From positions 1,088,001 to 1,152,000 of the forward strand of contig CAVOFT010000001.1 in assembly GCA_963695095.1 (NCBI GenBank): a DNA stretch of 64,000 nt, given 5' to 3'. The notes under the pieces were generated by a model. It was given only the letters and a program-made list of their open reading frames with translations, had not been told where the DNA came from and ran no database searches. Source of the stretch: an uncultured bacterium. Lineage in GTDB: Bacteria > Krumholzibacteriota > Krumholzibacteriia > JACNKJ01. This document shows, piece by piece, positions 55,432 through 64,000 of this stretch. A program made the position numbers and the translations under genes. Numbering within the stretch: the stretch's first letter is position 1; every line of letters starts with the position of its first letter.

Positions 55432-55470
55432 GGACGTTGCGGGCCGCGAGCCCGGGGAGGTCAGGGTTTC

Positions 55471-56992
55471 ATGTTCTTCGCCATGGTCGACAACGTCCTG
55501 AGCTGGATGATCTTCTTCCCGCTCATCGGCGCCGCCGTGATCCTCTTCATGCCGGCGAGCCGGCCGACCTGGATCAAGGCCGTCGCCGTCGCCGCCACGC
55601 TGCCGCCGCTGTGGTGGGCGGTCGAGCTCTTCATGAACTTCTCGCGCCACTTCGGCGGCGAGCCGCTGAAGCAGTTCCAGTTCATGGAAGGCCCCCGCAC
55701 GTGGATCCCGAGCTTCAACATCCACTACTACGCTGGGCGTGGACGGCATCAGCATCTCGATGGTGCTGCTCACGGCCCTGATCAGCACCGTCGCGGTGAT
55801 CGCGAGCTGGGGCATCAACCGCCAGCTCAAGGCCTACTTCGCGCTCTTCCTGCTCCTGGACGCGGGCATGATGGGCGTGTTCTGCGCCCTCGACTTCTTC
55901 CTCTTCTACGTGTTCTGGGAGATCATGCTGCTGCCGATGTACTTCCTCATCGGCATCTGGGGCGGCCCCAACAAGATCTACGCGGCGATCAAGTTCTTCC
56001 TGTACACCCTCTTCGGCAGCGTGTTCATGCTGCTGGCGGTGATCTTCCTCTACTTCAAGGCCGGCAAGACCTTCGACATGGTGGAGATGATGGGCGCCGC
56101 GCGCGGGCTGACGATGAGCGTGCAGGTGCTGATGTGGTTCGCCTTCTACATCGGCTTCGCCATCAAGATCCCCGCCTTCCCCTTCCACACCTGGTTGCCG
56201 GACGCCCACGTCGAGGCGCCGACGGCGATCAGCGTCATCCTGGCCGGCGTGCTGCTGAAGATGGGCACCTACGGCCTCCTGCGGGTGAACTTCGCCATCC
56301 TGCCCGAGGCGACGCTCAAGCTGGCCTGGGTGCTGGCCCTGATCGGGATGATCAACATCGTCTACGGCGCGCTCTGCGCGATGGCCCAGACCGATCTCAA
56401 GAAGCTGGTGGCCTACTCGTCCATCTCGCACATGGGCTACGTGATGCTGGGCATGGCCTCCTTGACTCCGCAGGGCATCAACGGCGCCGTGCTGCAGATG
56501 TTCAACCACGGCACGATCACGGCCATGCTCTTCCTGCTCGTCGGCGTGCTCTACGACCGCGCGCATCACCGCCAGATCGACGGCTTCGGCGGGCTCGCCA
56601 ACCGGGTGCCGGTCTACACGGGCATCACGGCGCTGGCCTTCTTCGCGAGCCTGGGCCTGCCCGGCCTCTCGGGCTTCGTGAGCGAGGTGCTCGTCTTCAT
56701 GGGCGGCTTCAAGACCTTCCCGCTCTACACGATCGTCAGCGCCACGGGCATCGTGCTCACCGCGGCCTACCTGCTGTGGACCCTGCAGCGCATGTTCCTC
56801 GGCGAGCTGAATCCGAAGTACGCGACCCTGACCGACATGAGCCCGCGCGAGCTGATCACCCTGGTGCCGCTGGGCATCATCGTCATCATCCTCGGCGTCT
56901 GGCCGATGCCGGTGCTGGACCTGATCGGCGACACCCTCAACTTCCTGGTCGGCCACGTGAGCGGTGCCGCTGCCGGCATGGCGGGATTCTAA
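55471..56992 (+). CDS. nuoM: NADH-quinone oxidoreductase subunit M; apparent frameshift near 55733
   Basis: WIPSFNIHY then GVDGIS in the next frame; FYVFWE, HTWLPDAHVEAP and AYSSISHMG motifs. Confidence 0.92.
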
Positions 56993-57002
56993 GGAGGACG
57001 GG

Positions 57003-58508
57003 ATGCTGTCCCTGGGCAATCTCGGCAGCCTGAGCCACTTCCTCCCCGAGGCCATCCTCGCGGGCGGCGCGCTGCTGATCTTCCTGCTCGATCTCGTCTG
57101 GGGCCAGCGCCGCCGCGGCGCCTATCCCTGGCTGGGCGTGAGCGTGCTCCTGCTGGCCGGGCTGGCTGCCCTGTCGGGCACTGGCGCAAATGCTGGACGC
57201 CTGCTGTTCGAGAACATGCTCGTCCTGGACGGCTTCACGCGCCTGTTCCGGCTGCTCTTCGTGCTCGTCGGCGTGCTCACCCTGCTGATGGCCGCGCGCA
57301 GTCGCGAGCTGACGAACGCGGGCGGGGAGTTCACCGCGCTGCTGCTCATCGTCGTCCTCGGCATGATGCTGATGGCCGGCGCCGGCAACCTGCTGATGGC
57401 CTACCTGGCCATGGAGACGGTCTCGCTGCTCTCCTACACCCTGGTCGGCAGCCTGCGCGGCAACACGCGCAGCCACGAGGCGGGGCTCAAGTACGTCATC
57501 TTCGGCGGCGTCGCCTCGGGCGCCATGCTCTACGGCTTCTCCTGGCTCTACGGCCTGACGGGCACCCTGGACCTGGCCGCCATGGCCGAGGCCTTCCGGG
57601 CGGGCGCGGCCCAGCCCCTGCCCATCTTCCTGGCCCTGGTGCTGATCCTCGTCGGGCTCGGCTTCAAGATGGCCACGGTGCCCTTCCACATGTGGTGCCC
57701 GGACGTCTACGAGGGCGCGCCGGTGGCCGTGACCGCTTTCCTCTCGGTGGGACCCAAGGCGGCGGGCTTCGCGCTCACGCTGCGGCTGCTCTACACGGCC
57801 TTCGCGATGCCCAGCGAGGGCGGCTGGCTGCCGCTGGCGGGGCTGCCCTGGCCCACCCTGGTGGCCGTGATGGCCGTGGCGACGATGTTCGTCGGCAACC
57901 TGTCGGCGCTCTGGCAGGACAACCTCAAGCGCCTGATGGCCTACAGCTCCATCGCCCACGCGGGCTACCTGCTCGCCGGCCTCGTGCTGCTCAGCCAGGC
58001 GGGCGTCACCGCGATCCTCTTCTACCTCTTCGCCTACCTGCTGATGAACTTCGGCGCCTTCATGGTGATCGCGGCCGTGGCCGACGAGACGGGCAGCGAG
58101 GACATCAGCTCGCTGCGCGGCCTCTGGCGCCGCCGGCCCTTTCTCGCGGTGATGATGCTGATCTTCCTGATCAGCCTGACGGGTCTCCCCCCTGCCTTCG
58201 GCTTCATCGGCAAGTTCTACCTCTTCGCCGCGCTCATCGAGGGCGGCTGGCTCTGGCTGGCCCTGCTCGGCCTGCTCAACTCGGTGATCTCGCTGGGCTA
58301 CTACATGCGCATCGCCAAGGTGATGCTCATCGAGGGCACCGAAGAAGCGGCGCCCGCGCTGAGCCCCGCGACGGGTCAGGCCCCAGCGCCGGGCGTGCCG
58401 CGCCTGAGCGTCGCCACGGTGGGCGTGCTCGGACTGCTCACCCTGCTGCTCGGCATCTACTGGGAGCCCCTGCGGGTCTTCGCCGAGCGGGGCCTGGCGC
58501 TGCTCTAG
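57003..58508 (+). CDS. nuoN: NADH-quinone oxidoreductase subunit N
   Basis: EAGLKY, FKMATVPFHMWCPDVYEGAP, KRLMAYSSIAHAGY and GLPP..GFIGKF motifs. Confidence 0.95.
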   Translation: MLSLGNLGSLSHFLPEAILAGGALLIFLLDLVWGQRRRGAYPWLGVSVLLLAGLAALSGTGANAGRLLFENMLVLDGFTRLFRLLFVLVGVLTLLMAARSRELTNAGGEFTALLLIVVLGMMLMAGAGNLLMAYLAMETVSLLSYTLVGSLRGNTRSHEAGLKYVIFGGVASGAMLYGFSWLYGLTGTLDLAAMAEAFRAGAAQPLPIFLALVLILVGLGFKMATVPFHMWCPDVYEGAPVAVTAFLSVGPKAAGFALTLRLLYTAFAMPSEGGWLPLAGLPWPTLVAVMAVATMFVGNLSALWQDNLKRLMAYSSIAHAGYLLAGLVLLSQAGVTAILFYLFAYLLMNFGAFMVIAAVADETGSEDISSLRGLWRRRPFLAVMMLIFLISLTGLPPAFGFIGKFYLFAALIEGGWLWLALLGLLNSVISLGYYMRIAKVMLIEGTEEAAPALSPATGQAPAPGVPRLSVATVGVLGLLTLLLGIYWEPLRVFAERGLALL

Positions 58509-58661
58509 GCGCGCCCGCGGACCTCTTCCTGCCGATGGGTTTGCAGCCCGCATCTTTCCGCTCTGCGGCACTCTCCATGGGGTAGCCATCCTTCTCATTG
58601 CCTGGCCCCTCTTGCGGTATGGCCGCGGCAGCGGTAGCCTGCCTGCGAAGGGAGGTCTAAG

Positions 58662-59510
58662 ATGACAGAGGACGCCGGCGCCAAGAGATCGCGGCGCGCG
58701 ATCGAGCTCGCCCTGTTCTTCTTGCTGACGTTGATTGCGTGGACGATCTGGGTGCCACAGGCGCGCTACCGACTGGGACTCGCGGCGGCGGCCGTTTCGC
58801 TCCAGTCGCCGGCAAACGCGCTCACGGTGTGGGCACCGGGCCTGGCGGCGATGGTGCTGACGATCCTCCGTTCGCGCGGGCGAGGCCTGAGCGACCTGCT
58901 GAGCGGGCTGGGCAAGTGGCGCGTGCACTGGCGATGGTATCTCATTGCCCTCTTCTTCGAGCCCGTACGGTGGTGCCTGGCTTTCGGCATTGATCGCCTG
59001 CTGGGTCGCTCGTATGAGCTGGGTCCCATGCCGCTCAAGGCAATCCTGGGTGCGGCGGCGGCCTACATGATACCCGTGGCTGTGGTGTTCACCCTGCCGA
59101 ACGCGATCGGCGAGGAGATCGGCTGGCGCGGCTTCGCGCTGCCGAGGCTGCGTGCGTGGCGCGGTGCGCTGGTGGGGACGCTGGTGCTCGGCGTCTTCTG
59201 GGGCCTGTGGCACATCCCTGCCTGGATAGGGCAGGGCCTGAGCCTGGGCTTCGCTGCCATGGCCGTTCGGGTGCTCGGCCTGGTGGCGACCGCCTTCGTG
59301 TTCACATGGATCTACTATGGTTCCGGCGGCAGCCTGGCCCTGGTGGTGCTCTACCACGCCGCCATCGCAGCGAAGAACTACCTCTTCCCAGGGCTGCCGA
59401 CCCGAACCGAGCAGATCCTGCTCTGGGTCTTCGTCCTCGTGTTGATCGCCAGGACGCGATCGCTGTGGTTAGGTCGCGACGGGCGTGAAGAACACTGCGA
59501 GGAATCGTGA
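58662..59510 (+). CDS. CPBP/Abi (CAAX) intramembrane metalloprotease
   Basis: GEEIGWRGFALPRL, WGLWHIP and GSL...LYHA motifs. Confidence 0.88.
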   Translation: MTEDAGAKRSRRAIELALFFLLTLIAWTIWVPQARYRLGLAAAAVSLQSPANALTVWAPGLAAMVLTILRSRGRGLSDLLSGLGKWRVHWRWYLIALFFEPVRWCLAFGIDRLLGRSYELGPMPLKAILGAAAAYMIPVAVVFTLPNAIGEEIGWRGFALPRLRAWRGALVGTLVLGVFWGLWHIPAWIGQGLSLGFAAMAVRVLGLVATAFVFTWIYYGSGGSLALVVLYHAAIAAKNYLFPGLPTRTEQILLWVFVLVLIARTRSLWLGRDGREEHCEES

Positions 59511-60277
59511 ACGGATCGAGCCGAAGGCAGCTGGCGGGGCTACCTGAAGACGCGGGTGCCCAATTGCCCGCGGAAGGCGCCGAAGTCCTGGCGCGCGCTG
59601 CCGGGCGCAGCGGAGAGCTGGTCCTGCGCCGCACGGATGGGCAGCTCGAGGTCATCGCCGGCGGCACTTTCCTGATCTCGGGCGCGAACGCCGGCTCCAG
59701 CGTGGCGCTCATCACGGCCGGATTGGCGGTCCTCTCGAAGGCCGGTGCGCCACGGCCCGCACACGATGCCGACGCTAAGCTCGGTCTCGAGGTGCTCGTC
59801 GGCGGTCTCGGCCTGGGCTACTCGCTCGATGCGGCGCTGAGGGCGCGCCAGGTCGAGCACGTGACCGTCGTCGAGTACGAACCCCTGATCGTCGACTGGT
59901 TTCGTGCCCACGGGGAAGAGCGCGCGGAGCGACTCGCCGCCGCCGAAGCGGCCGGCCGCGCCTGCGTCCTCCTCGCCGACGTCGCCGATGTCATGCGCGA
60001 GCGTCCGGGCGCCTTCGACCTGGTCGCGCTCGACACGGACAACGGTCCGGACTGGCTCGTGTGTGAGGGCAACGCCGTCCTCTATGCCGAGACCGGGCTG
60101 GCGCTGGCCTACGGCGCCCTGCGGCCCGGGGGCGTGGCCGTGTTCTGGTCCCCCGAGCGCTACGATTGGTTTGCTGCGCGGCTGGCGAAGCAGTTCGCCG
60201 AGGTCAGCGAGGTCGCTGCCCACGACACCATCGATGGCCGGCGGCACGAGTACACCATGTACGTCGCGCAGCGCTAG
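59507..60277 (+). CDS. spermidine-synthase-like SAM-dependent transferase
   Basis: VLVGGLGLGYSL, VTVVE, FDLVALDTDNGP and LRPGGV..FWS motifs. Confidence 0.8.
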   Translation: MNGSSRRQLAGLPEDAGAQLPAEGAEVLARAAGRSGELVLRRTDGQLEVIAGGTFLISGANAGSSVALITAGLAVLSKAGAPRPAHDADAKLGLEVLVGGLGLGYSLDAALRARQVEHVTVVEYEPLIVDWFRAHGEERAERLAAAEAAGRACVLLADVADVMRERPGAFDLVALDTDNGPDWLVCEGNAVLYAETGLALAYGALRPGGVAVFWSPERYDWFAARLAKQFAEVSEVAAHDTIDGRRHEYTMYVAQR

Positions 60278-63200
60278 CTCGCGAGCGGCGCCTCGGGTGC
60301 CGGCGCGGGCGCGGCGCTCCGGCGGCGGGCGCCGAGCCGATGCCCCAGCCGTGCCAGGCCCCAGCCCCAGCGCGTGAAGATCCAGTACATCGCCGGGAAG
60401 CCGCCGAGGATGAGCACGGTGCTGCTGGTCAGCCCGCCCACGGAGGCCAGCGCCAGGTTCTCCCAGATGTCCTTGGTGTCGCCGCTGGCCTTCTCCACCT
60501 GGTAGAGCAGGGGCAGCATGCCCATCACCGTGGTGCCGCTGGCCAGCAGGATCGAGCGCATCTGTATGCGCGTGCCCTCCACGATGCTGGTCCTCAGCAG
60601 CTCGCGGGCCTGGGCGGCCGGCAAGCGCCACAGGTCCCAGCCGCCCAGGCGCGGCTTGGCGGGCACGAGCGCGTCGGGCCCCTGATCCAGCCCCTCGTCG
60701 TGCACGCGCTCGCGCAAGGTGAGGCGGAAGCGGTTCACCAGCAGGATGGCGTTGTTCACCACCACGCCGAAGAGCAGGATCAGCCCGATCTGGGCAGAGC
60801 TGTCGAAGGTGGCGCCGCTGGCCCAGAAGATGCCGACCACGCCGAGCAGGGCCATCGGCACCGCGAGCATGATGAGCAGCGGCAGCAAGAGGTTCTCCAT
60901 CAGCGCGGCCAGGGTCATGAAGATGAAGAGCAGGGTGAGGAGCAAGGTCATCATGAGCTGCTCCTTCTCCTCCTCGGTGATCTGCTGGCCGCTGATGTCC
61001 TCGGCCGTGAAGCCGTAGGGCAGCTCCAGGCCCGCAAGTACGTCCTTGATGAAGTTCTGCCGCATGCGGTCGGTGCCGATGTACTCCCAGTTCACCCGCT
61101 GGCTGTAGCGCTGGTCCTTGCGCGTGATGGCGGTCAGCTCGGGCCGCGTCTCCAGGCGCACCAGGTCGCCCAGGCGCACGACCTGGCCGCGGCTGGTGGT
61201 CATCGTCTTGCCGAGCACGGCGCCGTACTGGATCTCGTCGGCGTCGGCGAAGCTGAGCTGGACTTGCTTGTCCTCGCCCTCGACCATCATGTGCCAGGGC
61301 AGGTCCACGCCGATCAGGCGGCGCAGGTGGCCGGTGACCTCGGCCACGGAGAGCCGGTAGCTCGCCAGGGCCTCCCGGCGAATGATGATCAGCGTCTCCT
61401 CGGTGCCCGCACGTTCGAACTGGGAGCCGCTGGAGAGCATCACGTTGCGCACGCGGCGATTGCGCTCGAGGCGGGCGGTGATCCCGTCGCTGAGGTCCTT
61501 GAGCGCCTTGCTGTTGTAGCCCGCCAGCTGGATGGTGGAGTTGCTCATGGCGCCGCCGCGGCCGCCCTTGAGATAGGGATCGCCATAGCCGCCGACGAAG
61601 ATGAACATGCCGCCCAGCTCCTCGGCCAGCACGATCAGCTTGTTGCGGAAGAGCTCGGGGGTGGTGGAGAAGCGCAGCGATTCGTCCTCGAACTCCACCT
61701 GCATGTAGGCCCAGTTCTCGAAGCAGTCCACGCGCATGCGCACGTCGGCGGGCAGCGGCAGCAGCTCGGACTCGAAGAGCTTCATCGTCGCGCTGGTGAG
61801 GACGACGTCCGTACCCACCGGCCGCTCGATGTACAGGCGCAGGTACTCCTCGTTCGCCGGCTGCCAGAAGCCGCCCTTGGCCACCTTGTGCCCGTAGGCC
61901 CACCAGGCGCCGTAGCACAGGCCTCCGAACAGGGCCAGGGTGACGAACCACAGGCGCATGTTCAGCCAGGTGATGCGCTGGACGTAGGCCACGAAGAGGC
62001 CGATCAGGATGAGCAGGCCGGTGGCGCCGCCCAGCCAAGGCGCCAGCTCGCGCAGGCTCACCGCGCCCGGCGCCAGCGCGATGCCGGCCGCCGCCAGCAG
62101 CCCAGCGCCCAGGGTGAACAGAATCCAGCGCCAGAGCAGCGGCCAGCCCTGGCGGGGCGCGGGCTCGGCCACCTGCGCTCGCCGCTTCGTGATGCGCTCG
62201 GCCGTTCCGCGCAGGGCCACCGGCAGCCAGCAGAATGCCGTGAACACCGAGGCGCCCATGGCAAAGCTGACGCTGACGGCCAGCGGCAGGTAGAAGAGCG
62301 CCAGGCGGCCGGTGAGGTAGATGAAGGAGAGGAAGGCGACCACGTTGGTCAGCGTGGTGGCGATGATGGGGAAGCTCACCTCGCGCGTGCCCGCGATGAG
62401 CATCTCGCGCGGCGAGCCGGTGACGCGCTCGGTCAGGCGGCGGTGGATGGAGTCCAGCACGAGGATGCTGTTGTCCAGCAGCATGCCAAAGCAGATGGTC
62501 AGCCCGCTGATCGTGATGAAGTTCACCGAGAGCCCGAAGAAGTAGAAGAGGCTCAAGCAGATGACGATGGCGAACAGGATCGAGCCGATCACGATGGCGA
62601 CCACGCCGATGCGCCGCAGGGCCACCACGAGCAGGGCGAAGAGCAGGCCCATGATCGCGAGCGAGCGGTAGACCAGTTCGGTCAGCTTGTCCTCCAGCCC
62701 CTCGCCCTGGTCCTGCTCGACATCGAACTTGACCGGGAAGGGCATGGCCGCTTCGATGGTCGGCAGTGCCTGGCGCAGCCGCCGGCTGAGGGCCACCGAG
62801 TTCTCGCCGCTGCGCTCGGTGACGCGCAGGGAGACCACGTTGTCGCCATTGATGCGCCGGTAGTAGACGACGTCCTCGAAGCTGCGCTCGACGCGGGCGA
62901 CGCGATTCAGCGTGATCGTCTGCCCGCCGACATTGGCGATGACGGCCTTGGCGAGCATATCGACCGTCACCGAGTCGTGCACGGTGACGGTCAGCTCGCG
63001 GCCCGCCTGCCGCACGGCGCCCGCGGGGATGACGACATCGAGGGCGTCCAGGCGGCCGGCGATGCCGTCGGCTGTCAGGCCATAGCGCTCCATGGCCTCC
63101 AGGTTGAGCATGACGCGCAGGAGCGGCAGGGCGCCGCCGCGCAGCTCGGCGTCGGCGACGCCGGCGATGGCGAGGAAGCGCGGCACCACCCAGTCCTCGG

Positions 63201-63669
63201 CCTGATCGCGCAGCTCGTTGGCGGGCAGGGGCGAGATGAGGCTGACCGAGAAGAACTCCTCCACCTGTACCTGCTCGGGCACCTCGGGCACGATCACCGG
63301 CTGGCTCGCCCGCGCGGGCAGGTTGCGGCGCACGGCGCCGAGGTGCTCGCTCAGCTCCAGGCGGGCGAACTCGAGGTTCTGCTCGCGCCGGAAGCTGACC
63401 TCCACCGTCGAGCGCCCGTGGCGCGAGGTGGACTCGATGTCCTCCACGCCGTGGCACTTGGCGGCCGCCTCCTCGATGGGCAGGGTGAGCGAGCGCTGGA
63501 CGGCGCTGGGCGAAGCGCCGGGCCAGGAGGTGCTGATCGTCAGCTTGGGCAGCTCGGTCTCGGGCATGGCCTCGAGGTCGAGGCGGGGCAGGGCGTAAGC
63601 GCCGCAGACCATGAGCGCCGCGAAGAGCATCCAGGTGGCGACAGGATGGTCCACCCAGAAGCGGATCAT
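60274..63669 (-). CDS. RND efflux permease (AcrB/AcrD/AcrF family)
   Basis: WPGASP...TLPIEE, GMLLDNSILV, TLTNVVAFL, GVVVNNAILLV, RSILL and GMLPL motifs; 1131 aa. Confidence 0.9.
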   Translation of the reverse strand: MIRFWVDHPVATWMLFAALMVCGAYALPRLDLEAMPETELPKLTISTSWPGASPSAVQRSLTLPIEEAAAKCHGVEDIESTSRHGRSTVEVSFRREQNLEFARLELSEHLGAVRRNLPARASQPVIVPEVPEQVQVEEFFSVSLISPLPANELRDQAEDWVVPRFLAIAGVADAELRGGALPLLRVMLNLEAMERYGLTADGIAGRLDALDVVIPAGAVRQAGRELTVTVHDSVTVDMLAKAVIANVGGQTITLNRVARVERSFEDVVYYRRINGDNVVSLRVTERSGENSVALSRRLRQALPTIEAAMPFPVKFDVEQDQGEGLEDKLTELVYRSLAIMGLLFALLVVALRRIGVVAIVIGSILFAIVICLSLFYFFGLSVNFITISGLTICFGMLLDNSILVLDSIHRRLTERVTGSPREMLIAGTREVSFPIIATTLTNVVAFLSFIYLTGRLALFYLPLAVSVSFAMGASVFTAFCWLPVALRGTAERITKRRAQVAEPAPRQGWPLLWRWILFTLGAGLLAAAGIALAPGAVSLRELAPWLGGATGLLILIGLFVAYVQRITWLNMRLWFVTLALFGGLCYGAWWAYGHKVAKGGFWQPANEEYLRLYIERPVGTDVVLTSATMKLFESELLPLPADVRMRVDCFENWAYMQVEFEDESLRFSTTPELFRNKLIVLAEELGGMFIFVGGYGDPYLKGGRGGAMSNSTIQLAGYNSKALKDLSDGITARLERNRRVRNVMLSSGSQFERAGTEETLIIIRREALASYRLSVAEVTGHLRRLIGVDLPWHMMVEGEDKQVQLSFADADEIQYGAVLGKTMTTSRGQVVRLGDLVRLETRPELTAITRKDQRYSQRVNWEYIGTDRMRQNFIKDVLAGLELPYGFTAEDISGQQITEEEKEQLMMTLLLTLLFIFMTLAALMENLLLPLLIMLAVPMALLGVVGIFWASGATFDSSAQIGLILLFGVVVNNAILLVNRFRLTLRERVHDEGLDQGPDALVPAKPRLGGWDLWRLPAAQARELLRTSIVEGTRIQMRSILLASGTTVMGMLPLLYQVEKASGDTKDIWENLALASVGGLTSSTVLILGGFPAMYWIFTRWGWGLARLGHRLGARRRSAAPAPAPEAPLAS

Positions 63670-64000
63670 TGCCGGTCCCCCCGGTGGAGGAGCTCGTAGA
63701 TCACGGGTGTCAGGTAGAGCGTGAACAAAGTGGTCAAGGTCAGCCCGCCGATGATGACGATGGCGAGCGGACGCTGCAACTGGGCGCCGGTGCCGATGCC
63801 GATCGCCATCGGCACCAGGGCGAGCACGGTGGTCCAGGTGGTCATCATGATCGGTCGGAAGCGCAGGCGGCCGGCCTCGAGCACGGCCTGGCGCAAGGGC
63901 AGGCCGTCGGCCTGCAGGCGCCGCGCCGTGGCCACCTTGACGATGGCATCGTTGACGCCGATGCCCAGCAGGGCGACCATGCCGATCAGCGAGATGATGT
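63666..64000 (-). CDS. 3' end of a second RND efflux permease (partial)
   Basis: GIGVNDAIVKV...RFRPIMMTT...PMAIGIGTGAQLQRPLAIVIIGGL. Confidence 0.9.
   Translation of the reverse strand, partial: IISLIGMVALLGIGVNDAIVKVATARRLQADGLPLRQAVLEAGRLRFRPIMMTTWTTVLALVPMAIGIGTGAQLQRPLAIVIIGGLTLTTLFTLYLTPVIYELLHRGDRQ

Overview
A very GC-rich (roughly 70% by eye) bacterial chromosome segment. Several secreted proteins end in PNPFNP-type FlgD-Ig domains and one ends in a 'TWSQVKSFYR' motif, which suggests an FCB-group candidate lineage such as Latescibacterota, Krumholzibacteriota or Eisenbacteria (inference). In order, the window holds: menA-like prenyltransferase, tyrA, a DUF3307/SatD pair with a four-box palindromic operator array, a leucine-catabolism operon (liuB-liuC-biotin carboxylase-BCCP-liuE), several lipoproteins and secreted proteins, two EamA transporters flanking a stand-alone HNH endonuclease, bcp, M23/S1/S8/C1 peptidases, a TMEM175-type channel, a DEAD-box helicase, mgtE, a Zn-ribbon-lemA-htpX operon, an AsmA-like gene, a sugar-phosphate-type bacterial microcompartment locus (RpiB-DeoC fusion, aldehyde dehydrogenase, six shell genes), an 11-subunit complex I operon lacking nuoEFG, and tandem RND permeases. 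At least eight genes are broken by small indels, most likely assembly errors. The main unexplained signals are (i) several families of dispersed perfect palindromes (TGTCACGTGACA, TGTACACGTGTACA, CAGCCGGCTG, GCCCCCGGGGGC) that cluster into composite intergenic elements, one of them also embedded in the HNH gene, and (ii) the AT-rich operator array in front of the cyclase-like-HTH SatD gene and its membrane partner. No rRNA, tRNA, CRISPR array or transposase was recognised. All family calls come from reading motifs, not from database searches.
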